This document shows, in pieces, positions 26,005-36,181 of a stretch of 60,668 bases of DNA (its first letter is position 1; each line of letters starts with the position of its first letter). The stretch comes from Flavobacteriales bacterium UBA1958. Lineage in GTDB: Bacteria; Bacteroidota; Bacteroidia; Flavobacteriales_D; Sanyastnellaceae. The translations under genes were made by a program, and so were the position numbers. The notes beneath the pieces were generated by a model, which did not search any database, was not told the DNA's origin, and saw only the letters and a program-made list of their open reading frames with translations. The stretch spans positions 2,459 to 63,126 of the forward strand of contig DDEI01000053.1 in NCBI GenBank assembly GCA_002336675.1, written 5' to 3'.

Positions 26005-26592
26005 TCAATTTAGGATTAATTCTTTTTTTACATTTTCAAAATCAAATTCGGCGGCGCTTTCTTTTGTCAAGAATGTTTCTGGTAAGATGAAATAATGATT
26101 ATTCTCATCCTTAATAATCATTATTTGTTTTTTGTCGTGATATGAAACTTCATGTAAAACTTCGTTTATGACTGCTTGAGCATCCGATTTCAATGCGATG
26201 TTTTGTATGACCTGAAAACCAGAAACTGCAGAAGCGCTATCTAATCCGATTGTGGTCTTCATTTTATACTTCTGTAGGAATACTTTATGATTTTTAGATT
26301 CATCTATCAATATACATGACTCTTCGAATGTTACGTTCTCTAGTTTAAATGTTTTCATATTATTGAACTGCACATAGTAAAACTTTTCAACTTCTAATCT
26401 TTCTAGAGACCTGTATACACCTGGATATATTAAATCGGCTATTGCTTTCGGATTTCTTTTAGTCGTAGCGTCGAAATACGCTTTAATAGCTGTCTCTATT
26501 CGTTCCTGCTGAGGTGAAGGATTTTTGGAGTTTGATGTTTCACAACTCATAAGAAGTATTGTAATGTATAGAAAGTATATAGTCTTTTTCAT
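26005..26592 (-). CDS. Hypothetical lipoprotein
   Basis: I prefer the internal ATG at 26592 (MKKTIYFLYITILLMSCETS, lipobox-like LMSC). A TAnnTTTG box at 26614-26621 lies inside the longer track ORF. Confidence 0.55.
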   Translation of the reverse strand: MKKTIYFLYITILLMSCETSNSKNPSPQQERIETAIKAYFDATTKRNPKAIADLIYPGVYRSLERLEVEKFYYVQFNNMKTFKLENVTFEESCILIDESKNHKVFLQKYKMKTTIGLDSASAVSGFQVIQNIALKSDAQAVINEVLHEVSYHDKKQIMIIKDENNHYFILPETFLTKESAAEFDFENVKKELILN

Positions 26593-26613
26593 GGTGTTAT
26601 CTATGGTGGATTT

Positions 26614-26621
26614 CAAAAGTA
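26614..26621 (-). promoter_or_regulatory. -7 promoter box (TAnnTTTG, minus strand) upstream of the lipoprotein gene
   Basis: The minus strand reads TACTTTTG, 21 nt before the ATG at 26592. Confidence 0.4.
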
Positions 26622-26920
26622 CATTATTTAACGTGCTGTGATTTATGAATATTCTACTCAATTATAGGTCGCTTGTATGTCAATATAATTGGTTGGTATT
26701 TTATTAAATGCGCCTAGAATCAGTGATTATATTTTAATTATGCAACAATTTTAAATAAAAGTAACCTCTTAATATATTTTTGTGCATCCTCGGCCATTCT
26801 GCTGGGTGGTTTGGAATAAAAAAAATAGGATTTTTGTGGTTTAAAAAACAGAATTACTGGCTAACAATAAAACCGTCAGGTATACTCTTTATGGGTTTAT
26901 TAGTCTTGCTTGTCGAGCTA

Positions 26921-28384
26921 TTAATAATAGATATTTCTTCTAACCTTAGCTATGTATTTAGCTAACCTTATAACTTGCTTCGTATAGCCATACTCATTGT
27001 CATACCAAGTGTATAGAACTACCCTTTTTCCATCTTCAGACACAATGGTGGCGGGACTATCAAACACTGCACAGCATTCATTTCCTATAATGTCATTAGA
27101 AACAAGTTCTTCATTAATGGAATAAAAGATTTGGTTCACTAATTCTCCTTTCATCGCATTAGTTTTCATTAAGTCTTGAACTTTATTTTTAGTTACTTTT
27201 TCACCTAATTCTATATTCATTATGGCTAATGAGCCATTAGGAGTAGGCACTCTTACCGCGTTGGCAGTAAGTTTTTTTTCCAAGGATGGAATTACTTTAG
27301 TAACAGCTTTTCCAGCTCCTGTTTCTGTAATTACCATGTTCACCGCAGCAGATCTTCCTCTACGATGCTTGCTATGCATGTTATCTAACAAGTTTTGGTC
27401 ATTGGTGTAGGCGTGAACTGTTTCTATATGGCCTGACTTTACACCAAATGCATCATCCATCACTTTTAGAATAGGAGAGATGGCATTTGTAGTACAACTA
27501 GCAGCTGAAAAAATATTCATTTTTTCTATGTCCAAATTTCTATGGTTAATTCCGTAAACAATATTAGGAATTCCTTTGCCAGGAGCGGTCAATATAACTT
27601 TTGCTACACCTTTAGACTTTAAGTGAAGACTAAGCGCCTCTTTATCTCTAAAAGCACCTGTATTATCTAGAACTAGTGCATTAGAAATACCATATTTTGT
27701 GTAATCGATAGAGCTGGGGTCAGAAGCACCTATCATGTTTACGCGTTGTCCATTTATAATTAAGCATGAGTTATTGAAATCTGTATCTACAGTTCCTTTA
27801 AATCGTCCATGTACAGAGTCATTTTCAAGCAGTGAAGCTCTTTTGCTTATAGATAACTCATCTACTGAGCGCATAACGATAGCTCTTAATCGCAACTGCT
27901 GTCCTTTTCCAGCTTGACTAATCAATTCTCTGGCAGCTAGCCTTCCTATTCTACCAAACCCGTATAGAATTACATCTCTCGGTTCCATTGGCTTACTTTC
28001 AGTAGTGAAAAAGTTTTGGAATTTATCTTCGAGAAAATCTTTGGTCGATTTATATGTTTCTCTTTCAGTTAACCATTCATCGGCTAACTTTCCGATATCG
28101 ATTTTAGCAGGAGCTAGGTCCATATTAAATATTTCGCGAGCTAATTCTGCTGAGTCGAAAACACTAATAGGCTTTCCAACCATTTCTGCAGAATATTTAT
28201 GTAAACGAAGAATCTCCGTTATACTCGTATCCACTAGATGATTTCTGAATAGAACTAGTTCTATCGATTTTTCAAACATAAGTTTACCTATTGAATGAAT
28301 TAAATCTACAGCTGCTCTTTCCTGATTAACATAGACTTCAAGTTCATTGCTGTAAGTCTCTTGAGTTAATACTGAATTTGACAT
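26921..28384 (-). CDS. gap: Glyceraldehyde-3-phosphate dehydrogenase (long form, about 130-aa N-terminal extension)
   Basis: 487 aa with LYGFGRIGR NAD-binding motif and the active-site motif SAASCTTNAISP. Confidence 0.9.
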   Translation of the reverse strand: MSNSVLTQETYSNELEVYVNQERAAVDLIHSIGKLMFEKSIELVLFRNHLVDTSITEILRLHKYSAEMVGKPISVFDSAELAREIFNMDLAPAKIDIGKLADEWLTERETYKSTKDFLEDKFQNFFTTESKPMEPRDVILYGFGRIGRLAARELISQAGKGQQLRLRAIVMRSVDELSISKRASLLENDSVHGRFKGTVDTDFNNSCLIINGQRVNMIGASDPSSIDYTKYGISNALVLDNTGAFRDKEALSLHLKSKGVAKVILTAPGKGIPNIVYGINHRNLDIEKMNIFSAASCTTNAISPILKVMDDAFGVKSGHIETVHAYTNDQNLLDNMHSKHRRGRSAAVNMVITETGAGKAVTKVIPSLEKKLTANAVRVPTPNGSLAIMNIELGEKVTKNKVQDLMKTNAMKGELVNQIFYSINEELVSNDIIGNECCAVFDSPATIVSEDGKRVVLYTWYDNEYGYTKQVIRLAKYIAKVRRNIYY

Positions 28385-28484
28385 TTTGAATGTTGGTTAT
28401 AATTATTAAAATATTCCGACTTTTTCATTGAAAGTCATGCAGTGCAAATTTAACTTGAATTAGCGAATTCATTCTCGAAGAAAT

Positions 28485-28513
28485 AAAAAAAGCCGTTCTA
28501 TGGGGAAACGGCT
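28485..28513 (-). terminator. Rho-independent terminator after htrA (minus strand)
   Basis: The minus strand reads AGCCGTTtccccatagAACGGCT followed by a T7 run. It sits 24 nt downstream of the stop at 28537. Confidence 0.7.
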
Positions 28514-28536
28514 TTATGAAAATATTTTGTGGGGTT

Positions 28537-29994
28537 TTACAAACCAAATCCGTAATAGGCTTTGGTTCCATTTTCATAAACTCCTTCAATTAGAATTCCT
28601 CCGCTTCTGTTCTCCAAGAGGGTCTCTAAATCGGCAGAGCTATTAATATCATTTCCGTCAAGTTTAGTTACTATAAATCCTTTTTTAATTCCGCTAGAGC
28701 TAAGTTTTCCGCGTTGCAATTCTGTGATTTGGGCCCCTCCAGTTATTCCTAGTTTAGTTTTAATTTCATCAGAAATATCGGAAAACTGCGCACCTAAAAT
28801 TTCTTTTATTTCTGACTTTTCAAAAGTCTTAAGAGCAGTGCCTCCGTCATTATCTCGTAATTCCACCGAAATATTCTTTTCAGTCCCACCTCTCCAAACT
28901 GTCACGGTTACTTTGTCACCAGGTCTATATTTACTTATCTGCTCTTGTAATTGAGGAACAGAATTAACATCTTTAGAATTAATTTGAAGTATAACGTCAC
29001 CAGATTTTATTCCTGCATCATAAGCCGCTCCATTTTCAGTAAGGGATTTGACGTGAATTCCTTTTACGTTAGGTAAATTATATTCATTTGCCAACGTTTC
29101 CGTTACAGGCATTATTCTTACACCTATGTAAGCCCTTTGAACTTGGCCGTATTTTATTAAGTCCTCTGCTACTTTAGATGCTATAGAACTTGGTACGGCA
29201 AAACTATATCCAGAAAACGAACCAGTTTTAGAGGCAATAGCCGTATTTACTCCAATTAATTCGCCATTGGTGTTAACTAAAGCACCACCGCTGTTACCAG
29301 GGTTCACTGCAGCGTCTGTTTGAATAAATGATTCTACAGGAAATATTTTTCTTCCTGGGTCTGAGCTTAATAGATTAATATTTCTTCCTTTAGCACTTAC
29401 TATTCCAGCGGTAACTGTAGAGGTTAAGTCAAAAGGATTTCCTACGGCTAACACCCACTCACCGATTTTTACTGCCTCACTATCGCCTATTTTAAGTGAA
29501 GGGAAATGAGAACCTTCTATTTTTAACACAGCTATGTCGGTAGTAGGGTCTGTCCCTATTAGTTCTGCACTATAGGAGCGGTTGTCATTCATACTTACCT
29601 CTATATTGTCAGCCCCTTGTATTACATGGTTATTAGTAATGATATAACCGTCATCTGAGATAATTACTCCGGAACCAGAACCTTTTTGTATATAAGGCTC
29701 TATACCCGATTCATCGCCAAAGAAATCAGCCCAAGGATTATATGCGTTTTGTACTTCTATCTCTGTCTTTACGTGAACTACACCATTTACAGTTTTACTG
29801 GCTGCCATGGTGAAATCACCTACAGGCACAATACTAGAAGTGGGGTGACTTACATAATTAAAATTGGAAGCCGCTGTATTATCTAGGTTTCCAGAAGAAA
29901 TTAATTCTGAATCGAATAAGAAATAGTTAGAGACCATTAAGGAAAAAAGCCCTCCAATGAATGCTGCTGCTGTGAAGCTAATTATTCTTTTCAT
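28537..29994 (-). CDS. htrA: Periplasmic serine endoprotease, HtrA/DegP/DegQ family (trypsin-like domain plus two PDZ)
   Basis: 485 aa. Catalytic triad contexts ITNNHV, TDIAVLKI and NPGNSGGALV, with two PDZ-like segments C-terminal to them. Confidence 0.9.
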   Translation of the reverse strand: MKRIISFTAAAFIGGLFSLMVSNYFLFDSELISSGNLDNTAASNFNYVSHPTSSIVPVGDFTMAASKTVNGVVHVKTEIEVQNAYNPWADFFGDESGIEPYIQKGSGSGVIISDDGYIITNNHVIQGADNIEVSMNDNRSYSAELIGTDPTTDIAVLKIEGSHFPSLKIGDSEAVKIGEWVLAVGNPFDLTSTVTAGIVSAKGRNINLLSSDPGRKIFPVESFIQTDAAVNPGNSGGALVNTNGELIGVNTAIASKTGSFSGYSFAVPSSIASKVAEDLIKYGQVQRAYIGVRIMPVTETLANEYNLPNVKGIHVKSLTENGAAYDAGIKSGDVILQINSKDVNSVPQLQEQISKYRPGDKVTVTVWRGGTEKNISVELRDNDGGTALKTFEKSEIKEILGAQFSDISDEIKTKLGITGGAQITELQRGKLSSSGIKKGFIVTKLDGNDINSSADLETLLENRSGGILIEGVYENGTKAYYGFGL

Positions 29995-30324
29995 CTTTTA
30001 AATATTATTTTATATCAAAATTAACGCCAGTTGATTCTTTTTGTTTTATTGAAGTTATTAATTAATGTTAAGCAAAAAAGGAAAGCATTATGTTGCCTTT
30101 TTTATTATTTAAAGATTTCTTAATCTTTAGAATCAGCATTTTCATAAGCATCAATAAAAGTCTAAGTTCTTAACGTTGTGAATTGATTTTCAAACTCTTT
30201 AGGAGTTACAATTTCCATTGGGCTTGCTGTAATAGGTCCTTAACGATCATAGACAGCCGTTAAGTCATTGGAGCAGACACCTCGGATGCACACTGAACAT
30301 TCTCTTTCTCAGGGTAGCTTTTTT

Positions 30325-31284
30325 TTATTTCTTTAGGCCTATTTCTTTTAGTCTTTGGTTTAAAAACTCGCCTGCACTGATAGGTGAGTAATTAGGGGAC
30401 TGGTTTTGTTCTATACAATTCTCAAGACAGTCTAACCTCATGTCACTTCTAGGGTGTAAGAAAAAGGGGATAGAAAAACGACTAGTTCCCCATTTTTCTC
30501 TAGGTGGATTTACCACTCTATGGGTCGTGCTTTTTAGACGGTCGTTAGTTAATCTTTGTAACATGTCACCCACATTCACTACTATCCGATCGGGCAATGC
30601 TGTTACAGCTATCCACTCGTTATCTTTGTTTAGAACTTCTAATCCATCTGCAGAAGCTCCAATGAGAAGAGTGATAAGATTAATATCTTCATGTTGACCT
30701 GCTCTTACAGCAGATTTAGGCTCGTTAGTTATTGGAGGGTAATGAATTGGTCTAAGTATGCTATTGCCATTGTGAATTTTATCATCAAAGAAAGATTGGT
30801 CTAATCCAAGAAAAATAGAAATAGCTCGAAGCATGTGCTTTCCTGTCGTCTCAAGTGATTTGTATGCTTTTAAGCCTACTTCATGAAACTCAGGCGTTTC
30901 TTTTGTAAAGACATTATTAGGATATTGAGACTTTATAGAGTCACCATCCAGGACTTCCTGCCCGAAATGCCAAAACTCTTTTAAATCTCCAGCACTTGAA
31001 TCTTTGGCATGCTCTCTTCCGAAAGAAATATACCCCCTCTGGCCTGCTAAACCCTCTATTTCATAAGAGGTTTTCACTTCTTGGGGTAGGCTAAAGAAGT
31101 TTTTTACTTCTGCATATAAGGTGTCTATTTCAGCGTCAGAAATTAGATGATTTTTCACTGCGACAAAGCCAATATCTTCATATGCTTTTCCCAATTGATT
31201 AACGAACTCATTTTTTTCAGTGTCAGTTCCATTCAAAAAAAGGTTTAAATCTACTGTTGGTATTCCCTCGAGGTAATCACTCAT
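30325..31284 (-). CDS. 2-oxoglutarate/Fe(II)-dependent oxygenase (isopenicillin N synthase-like family)
   Basis: 319 aa. HxD...H iron triad contexts (GQHEDINLITLL ... KSTTHRVVNP) and RFSIPFF (2OG-binding Arg). Confidence 0.85.
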   Translation of the reverse strand: MSDYLEGIPTVDLNLFLNGTDTEKNEFVNQLGKAYEDIGFVAVKNHLISDAEIDTLYAEVKNFFSLPQEVKTSYEIEGLAGQRGYISFGREHAKDSSAGDLKEFWHFGQEVLDGDSIKSQYPNNVFTKETPEFHEVGLKAYKSLETTGKHMLRAISIFLGLDQSFFDDKIHNGNSILRPIHYPPITNEPKSAVRAGQHEDINLITLLIGASADGLEVLNKDNEWIAVTALPDRIVVNVGDMLQRLTNDRLKSTTHRVVNPPREKWGTSRFSIPFFLHPRSDMRLDCLENCIEQNQSPNYSPISAGEFLNQRLKEIGLKK

Positions 31285-31566
31285 TTTTCTTCAGTTATTT
31301 CTTAAATATAGATTCTATGTTTTCAAAAGACTTAAATTCAATGTTGAGTTGATGACCAAAAAAGTTATAGTCTATCCTGGTGCTAACCTATCTTCCTACT
31401 TCACATCTTAAACCCTCACTGCAAATTTATTTGCTTCTTATAAATCTCTAGTGGCAAATGCTAAATGAATTTTTCCTTCCATAAACACGCGTTTTTTTCA
31501 AGTACAATAGTTGAGATATAAAAGTATATAAAAATCACGCTGATATTTTCAATATACTACCTTGAA

Positions 31567-32637
31567 TTATTTTATTCTGAATCCTACAGTAGAATATCTT
31601 TTGGTAGTTACATTTTCTATTTTCTCCTCTAAAATCATTGACTGGCCAGTTGGTGAGTCTGCTACTTGCTTCATGTTTTTCACTTCTCCAAAGGGAATGT
31701 TAAGTGCTGTTAACTTTTTTTGTAAATAGAGTGTCTCGTAAGTTACGAAAGCTACTTTAAGTAACTCTGTCAAGTCATCTAAATGAATTAGTCGATTTTG
31801 GTTATTCGTAAATTTTTCATCAGTGATTAATTCAGTTAAGTGTAGCATAGAACATAGATTCTCGAATTGACTTTGACTTCCTATGGCTAAAACTATTTCT
31901 GTTCCTTCTAAAGATTTAAATACTTCCCCATATAAAGCTATGTTTGGATGGCGACTCCCTATGCGCTCTGCATTAATGTTATTCATTAAATAGTTAGACC
32001 CCTGGTTTACTAGTGCGCTGATAGCAGATCTTTCTAAGCTCACCTCTACTAGAGCACCTTTTTTAGTTTTTTCTCTGCGTAGCAATGCCGCTAAAATTCC
32101 ACTTCTTAATTGTTGGCCAGCCAGCACATCCATTAGTGCTACAGGCATTTTTGTAGGTGGGGAGTTTTTTTGGCCATTCATATACATAAATCCGCATTCT
32201 GCCTGAATAACTACGTCATAGGCTACTTTCGTATCTTGAGTCTCGAAGCCGGAAAGCTTGGCATAGATGATTTTAGGGTTAATCAATTTTACCCGTCCAT
32301 AATCTAAAGCGAATTTATAATCGTCTCCTTTTTTAAAATTAGAGATTACAACATCTGCGGTTTTAAGAAGCTCGTAAGTTTTATTGATGTCATTCATTTT
32401 AGTGAAGTCTAAAAACCTGACTTCTTTCTTATAATTGATAGCTGAATAATATGCTGAAATTTCGGTTTCCTTATTTTCTTCAGGATGCTTCCAACTTCTA
32501 GTCACATCTCCATTGGTAGCGGAGTTTTCGATTTTTATCACTTTAGCTCCAAGCTCTGAAAACATCATCCCAGCATAAGGACCTGCTAAAACACTGCTTA
32601 GTTCTATTATTGTGTATCCTTCAAAAATATTATCCAT
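31567..32637 (-). CDS. Family III CoA-transferase (CaiB/BaiF-like)
   Basis: 356 aa with N-terminal LSSVLAGPYAGMMFSELGAKVIKIE, characteristic of the family. Confidence 0.85.
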   Translation of the reverse strand: MDNIFEGYTIIELSSVLAGPYAGMMFSELGAKVIKIENSATNGDVTRSWKHPEENKETEISAYYSAINYKKEVRFLDFTKMNDINKTYELLKTADVVISNFKKGDDYKFALDYGRVKLINPKIIYAKLSGFETQDTKVAYDVVIQAECGFMYMNGQKNSPPTKMPVALMDVLAGQQLRSGILAALLRREKTKKGALVEVSLERSAISALVNQGSNYLMNNINAERIGSRHPNIALYGEVFKSLEGTEIVLAIGSQSQFENLCSMLHLTELITDEKFTNNQNRLIHLDDLTELLKVAFVTYETLYLQKKLTALNIPFGEVKNMKQVADSPTGQSMILEEKIENVTTKRYSTVGFRIK

Positions 32638-32755
32638 TTTGCGAAGATAATTATTGTAAAGCGCTAAAATACCTCACGATATAAAATGACATAAGATTTC
32701 ATTAACAGCGATTAATCAGTTACATTTAAAATTCTATGTTTAACCAAGGAACCTA

Positions 32756-34297
32756 ATGAAGAATTTATTATTAACAGTATTGTCAGGTTTTTTAATGCTT
32801 AACAGTTTCTCTCAAACTCCTTGTGCAGGAGGAACAGCTGGAGGATATCCATGTGAAAATGTGGAGTTATTAGCTCATTTAACCAGTTCTCAGTTAGGAG
32901 GTGGTGAAATGAATGACATTTGGGGATGGACAGATCCAAATGGAGGAAACGAATATGTGATTATCGGCAGAGACGCAGGAACTTCATTCGTAGATATTTC
33001 TGACCCTCTAAATCCAATTTACTTAGGGGTACTCTTTTCACACACATCTAATTCTATCTGGAGGGATATAAAAGTTTATCAGAATCATGCGTTTATAGTA
33101 AGTGAGGCTAATTCTCACGGAATGCAGGTCTTTGACCTAACACAATTATCGTCAGTAGCAGGAGCTCCAGTAGTGTTTTCAGAAACAGCATTTTATGGAA
33201 GTTTCGGGAGGTGCCATAATATCGTAATAAACGAAGCGTCTGGATTTGCTTATGCTGTAGGCAGCAATACCGCTGGTGGTGGGTTGCATGCTATAGATAT
33301 TTCTACTCCTACTAGTCCAGTAATAGCAGGGCTTTTCTCTGGAGAAGGATATACACATGACGCTCAAGTCGTAAATTATATAGGTCCAGATACTGATTAT
33401 AATGGCGCAGAGATAGCTTTTGCTTGTAATGAAAATAATATAGCCATTATAGATGTTACTGATAAAACAGATATTCAAGGAATTAGTTTGGCGACATACC
33501 CTAGTACATTTTATACTCACCAAGGATGGCTTACAGAGGATCATAAGTATTTTTTGGCTAATGATGAATTAGATGAAATAAATGGAACTGGTAACACTCG
33601 TACATTTATTTTCGATGTTCAAAACTTAGATGCGCCTTTTCTTTTGGGGACTTATACTCACTCAACTGCGGCTATTGATCATAATTTATATGTGCATGAG
33701 GGATATATTTATGAATCTAATTACAGTGCTGGATTAAGAATATTAGAATCTTCGGATATCGCTAATGGGAACTTATCTGAGGTAGCCTTTTTTGATGTTT
33801 ATCCTGCTAGTAATTCTGCTCAGTTTAATGGTTCATGGAGTAACTATCCGTTTTTTAGTTCTGGTGTAGTTGCTCTAAGTCATATAGAAGAAGGTTTATT
33901 CTTACTAAAGCCAGATATCATGACATTTTATGCAGATACGGATAATGATGGTTTTGGAGATCCTTCGGTTTCGTTAGAGGCTTTCACAGATCCAAGTGGT
34001 TATGTGGATAATGATCTGGATTGTGATGATACGTTAATTACGGTTTACCTCAGTGCTCCAGGTACTGGGGAGAATATCGATAATAACTGCGATGGAGAAG
34101 TTATGGGAGCAGAGCTAACAGCTCAGTGCATTGCCGATTTTAATAATGATGGAACTAGAAATATTTTAGACTTATCTGCTCTTTTAGGTACTTTTGGCTG
34201 TATCACTGATTGTTCAGTAGATGCAAATAATGATGGATTTACCAATGTTTTAGACCTTTCAGTTTTTTTAGGCTTTTTCGGAGTAGATTGTGAATAG
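32756..34297 (+). CDS. Choice-of-anchor-B / LVIVD-repeat-like beta-propeller protein with a MopE-like metal-binding motif and dockerin-like repeats at the C-terminus
   Basis: 513 aa with a signal peptide. NDIWGWTDPNGGNEYVIIGR...WRDIKVYQNHAFIVSE...YTHQGWLTEDHKYFLANDE is typical of the family. The C-terminus has DTDNDGFGD, then DFNNDGTRNILDLSALLGTFG and DANNDGFTNVLDLSVFLGFFG. Confidence 0.65.
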   Translation: MKNLLLTVLSGFLMLNSFSQTPCAGGTAGGYPCENVELLAHLTSSQLGGGEMNDIWGWTDPNGGNEYVIIGRDAGTSFVDISDPLNPIYLGVLFSHTSNSIWRDIKVYQNHAFIVSEANSHGMQVFDLTQLSSVAGAPVVFSETAFYGSFGRCHNIVINEASGFAYAVGSNTAGGGLHAIDISTPTSPVIAGLFSGEGYTHDAQVVNYIGPDTDYNGAEIAFACNENNIAIIDVTDKTDIQGISLATYPSTFYTHQGWLTEDHKYFLANDELDEINGTGNTRTFIFDVQNLDAPFLLGTYTHSTAAIDHNLYVHEGYIYESNYSAGLRILESSDIANGNLSEVAFFDVYPASNSAQFNGSWSNYPFFSSGVVALSHIEEGLFLLKPDIMTFYADTDNDGFGDPSVSLEAFTDPSGYVDNDLDCDDTLITVYLSAPGTGENIDNNCDGEVMGAELTAQCIADFNNDGTRNILDLSALLGTFGCITDCSVDANNDGFTNVLDLSVFLGFFGVDCE

Positions 34298-34300
34298 TGA

Positions 34301-36145
34301 TTACCCCTCTACTAATTGTTTCTGATAGAGATCATGATAATATCCTTTTTTATCTATGAGGTCTTGATGACTTCCTTGCTCGATTATTTCACCTTTATTT
34401 AATACTAAAATATGGTCAGCTCTTAGAATGGTACTAATTCTGTGGCTTATTATGATGCTTGTTTTTCCCTTCATTATCTGGTTTAGATTACGAAGTATTT
34501 TATCTTCTGTTTCAGTATCTACAGAACTTAGACAGTCATCAAAAATCAAGATTTCTGGGCTTTTGATAATAGCTCTAGCGATAGATATTCGTTGCTTTTG
34601 TCCTCCAGATAGGTTAATTCCACGCTCGCCTAAAATAGTATCGAACTTCTCAGAAAATTCCATTATATTGTCATAAATATCAGCTTGCTTAGCAGCTTCT
34701 ACTATCTGTTCCTCAGTCAATAGTTCATCGCTAAATGAGATGTTATTCCTAATAGAATCGGAGAATAAGAAAACATCTTGAGGAACTGTTCCCATGCTAT
34801 TTCTCAGATTTTCTAAATGTACGTTTTGTATCGTTCTACCGTCTATTTTGATAGAGCCAGAGGTCACATCATACTGTCTAGAGATTAAATTGGCGATGGT
34901 AGATTTACCACTTCCCGTTTTGCCTGTGATGCCTAAAGTTTTACCAGTTTCAAGGTTGAAATTTATGCGTTTCAGCGCCTCAATTCCAGTATCTGGGTAT
35001 GTGAAACTAACATCTTTAAATGTAATATTACCTGTGATTTTTTCATCTCCGCTATGAGTAGATTTAATTTCAGGCTCTTCGTTTAAAAATTCATTTATCC
35101 TCTTCTGAGAGGCTTCTGCTTTATTAACTAGTGACGTTACCCAGCCCACTGATGCAAATGGCCAAGTGAGCATGTTGACGTAAATAATAAACTGGATGAT
35201 ATCTCCTTTATCGAATCCATTCCCAGCGATGGCTTCTAAACTTCCGAGGTAAATAGCGAAAACAGTGCTTAAACCCACAAGCATAATAATAAGCGGCATG
35301 AAAAGCGCTTCTATTTTTATTAAAGAAAGAATAAGCGTCTTATATGAATCACTTTCGTTTCTGAAAAAATTCATATAGGCATTTTCTCTGTTGTAAGCCT
35401 TTAACACTCGTATTCCACTTGTGGTTTCTTGAACGAATGAACTCAATTCACTTTGTTTCTCTTGTACTCGTTCACTTTTCTTATTGATTAAGGTACTTAC
35501 ATAGTAAATACTAATAGATAATATAGGAAGAGGCAGTAAAGTGTATAAGGTGAGCTTTACGCTTATAGAGCACATGGCATAGAGCACAAATCCGATTAAA
35601 AAAGCCAGACTTAAGGTGTACATAACTGCCGGGCCCAGATACATCCTTACTTTAGAAACGTCTTCGCTTATTCTATTCATTAAATCCCCAGTATTATTTC
35701 TTTTAAAGAAAGAGAGTGATAAGTCCTGATACTGCTGATAGATTTGGTTTTTCAGGTCATACTCTATTCTTCTGCTCATAATAATCAGTGTTACCCTTGT
35801 GAAGAATAGGAATATTCCTTGAATAATAAAGAGAACAGCAAATAGAATCGCTAGCAGAAAAATTACATACCTAGTAGTTTTGGCTTGTTCTTGTTTATCT
35901 GAATTTGTCTGTTCTACACTTGTTAAACCTATATCATTTAACCAACGAATACTTTCTGGAAGAGAGGGGGGAGATGTATCATTTTTTACGGCATCTAGCG
36001 AATTCTCTATGTAGTCTACACCTTCATTAAATAGCGTAGGGGCATAAACTTTAAAATAAGTAGTTAACACTATGAAAAACAGTCCGATGATTAAGTGCCA
36101 CTTATACTTAAAGAAATATTTATTTAGATATTTTAGTTCCTTCAT
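34301..36145 (-). CDS. ABC exporter, fused permease/ATPase (MsbA/multidrug-type)
   Basis: 614 aa with six predicted TM segments, Walker A GKTGSGKST, signature LSGGQKQR and Walker B ILIFDD. Confidence 0.9.
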   Translation of the reverse strand: MKELKYLNKYFFKYKWHLIIGLFFIVLTTYFKVYAPTLFNEGVDYIENSLDAVKNDTSPPSLPESIRWLNDIGLTSVEQTNSDKQEQAKTTRYVIFLLAILFAVLFIIQGIFLFFTRVTLIIMSRRIEYDLKNQIYQQYQDLSLSFFKRNNTGDLMNRISEDVSKVRMYLGPAVMYTLSLAFLIGFVLYAMCSISVKLTLYTLLPLPILSISIYYVSTLINKKSERVQEKQSELSSFVQETTSGIRVLKAYNRENAYMNFFRNESDSYKTLILSLIKIEALFMPLIIMLVGLSTVFAIYLGSLEAIAGNGFDKGDIIQFIIYVNMLTWPFASVGWVTSLVNKAEASQKRINEFLNEEPEIKSTHSGDEKITGNITFKDVSFTYPDTGIEALKRINFNLETGKTLGITGKTGSGKSTIANLISRQYDVTSGSIKIDGRTIQNVHLENLRNSMGTVPQDVFLFSDSIRNNISFSDELLTEEQIVEAAKQADIYDNIMEFSEKFDTILGERGINLSGGQKQRISIARAIIKSPEILIFDDCLSSVDTETEDKILRNLNQIMKGKTSIIISHRISTILRADHILVLNKGEIIEQGSHQDLIDKKGYYHDLYQKQLVEG

Positions 36146-36181
36146 TTGAGAGGCTAAACTTAGTGTTTAATGGGTAGGAAA

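Noticed and set aside
26780-26965. 61-aa plus-strand ORF in the spacer downstream of gap
   Set aside because: Its hydrophobic, low-complexity translation overlaps the gap 3' end, and no promoter box or homology was recognised. The 330-bp spacer itself showed no convincing RNA-gene or ORF-ghost signal by eye.
30079-30108. A8GG...CCT8-type A/T hairpin (aaaaaagg-N14-cctttttt) downstream of htrA's promoter region
   Set aside because: The stem is almost entirely A-T with a long loop, and is expected by chance in AT-rich spacers.
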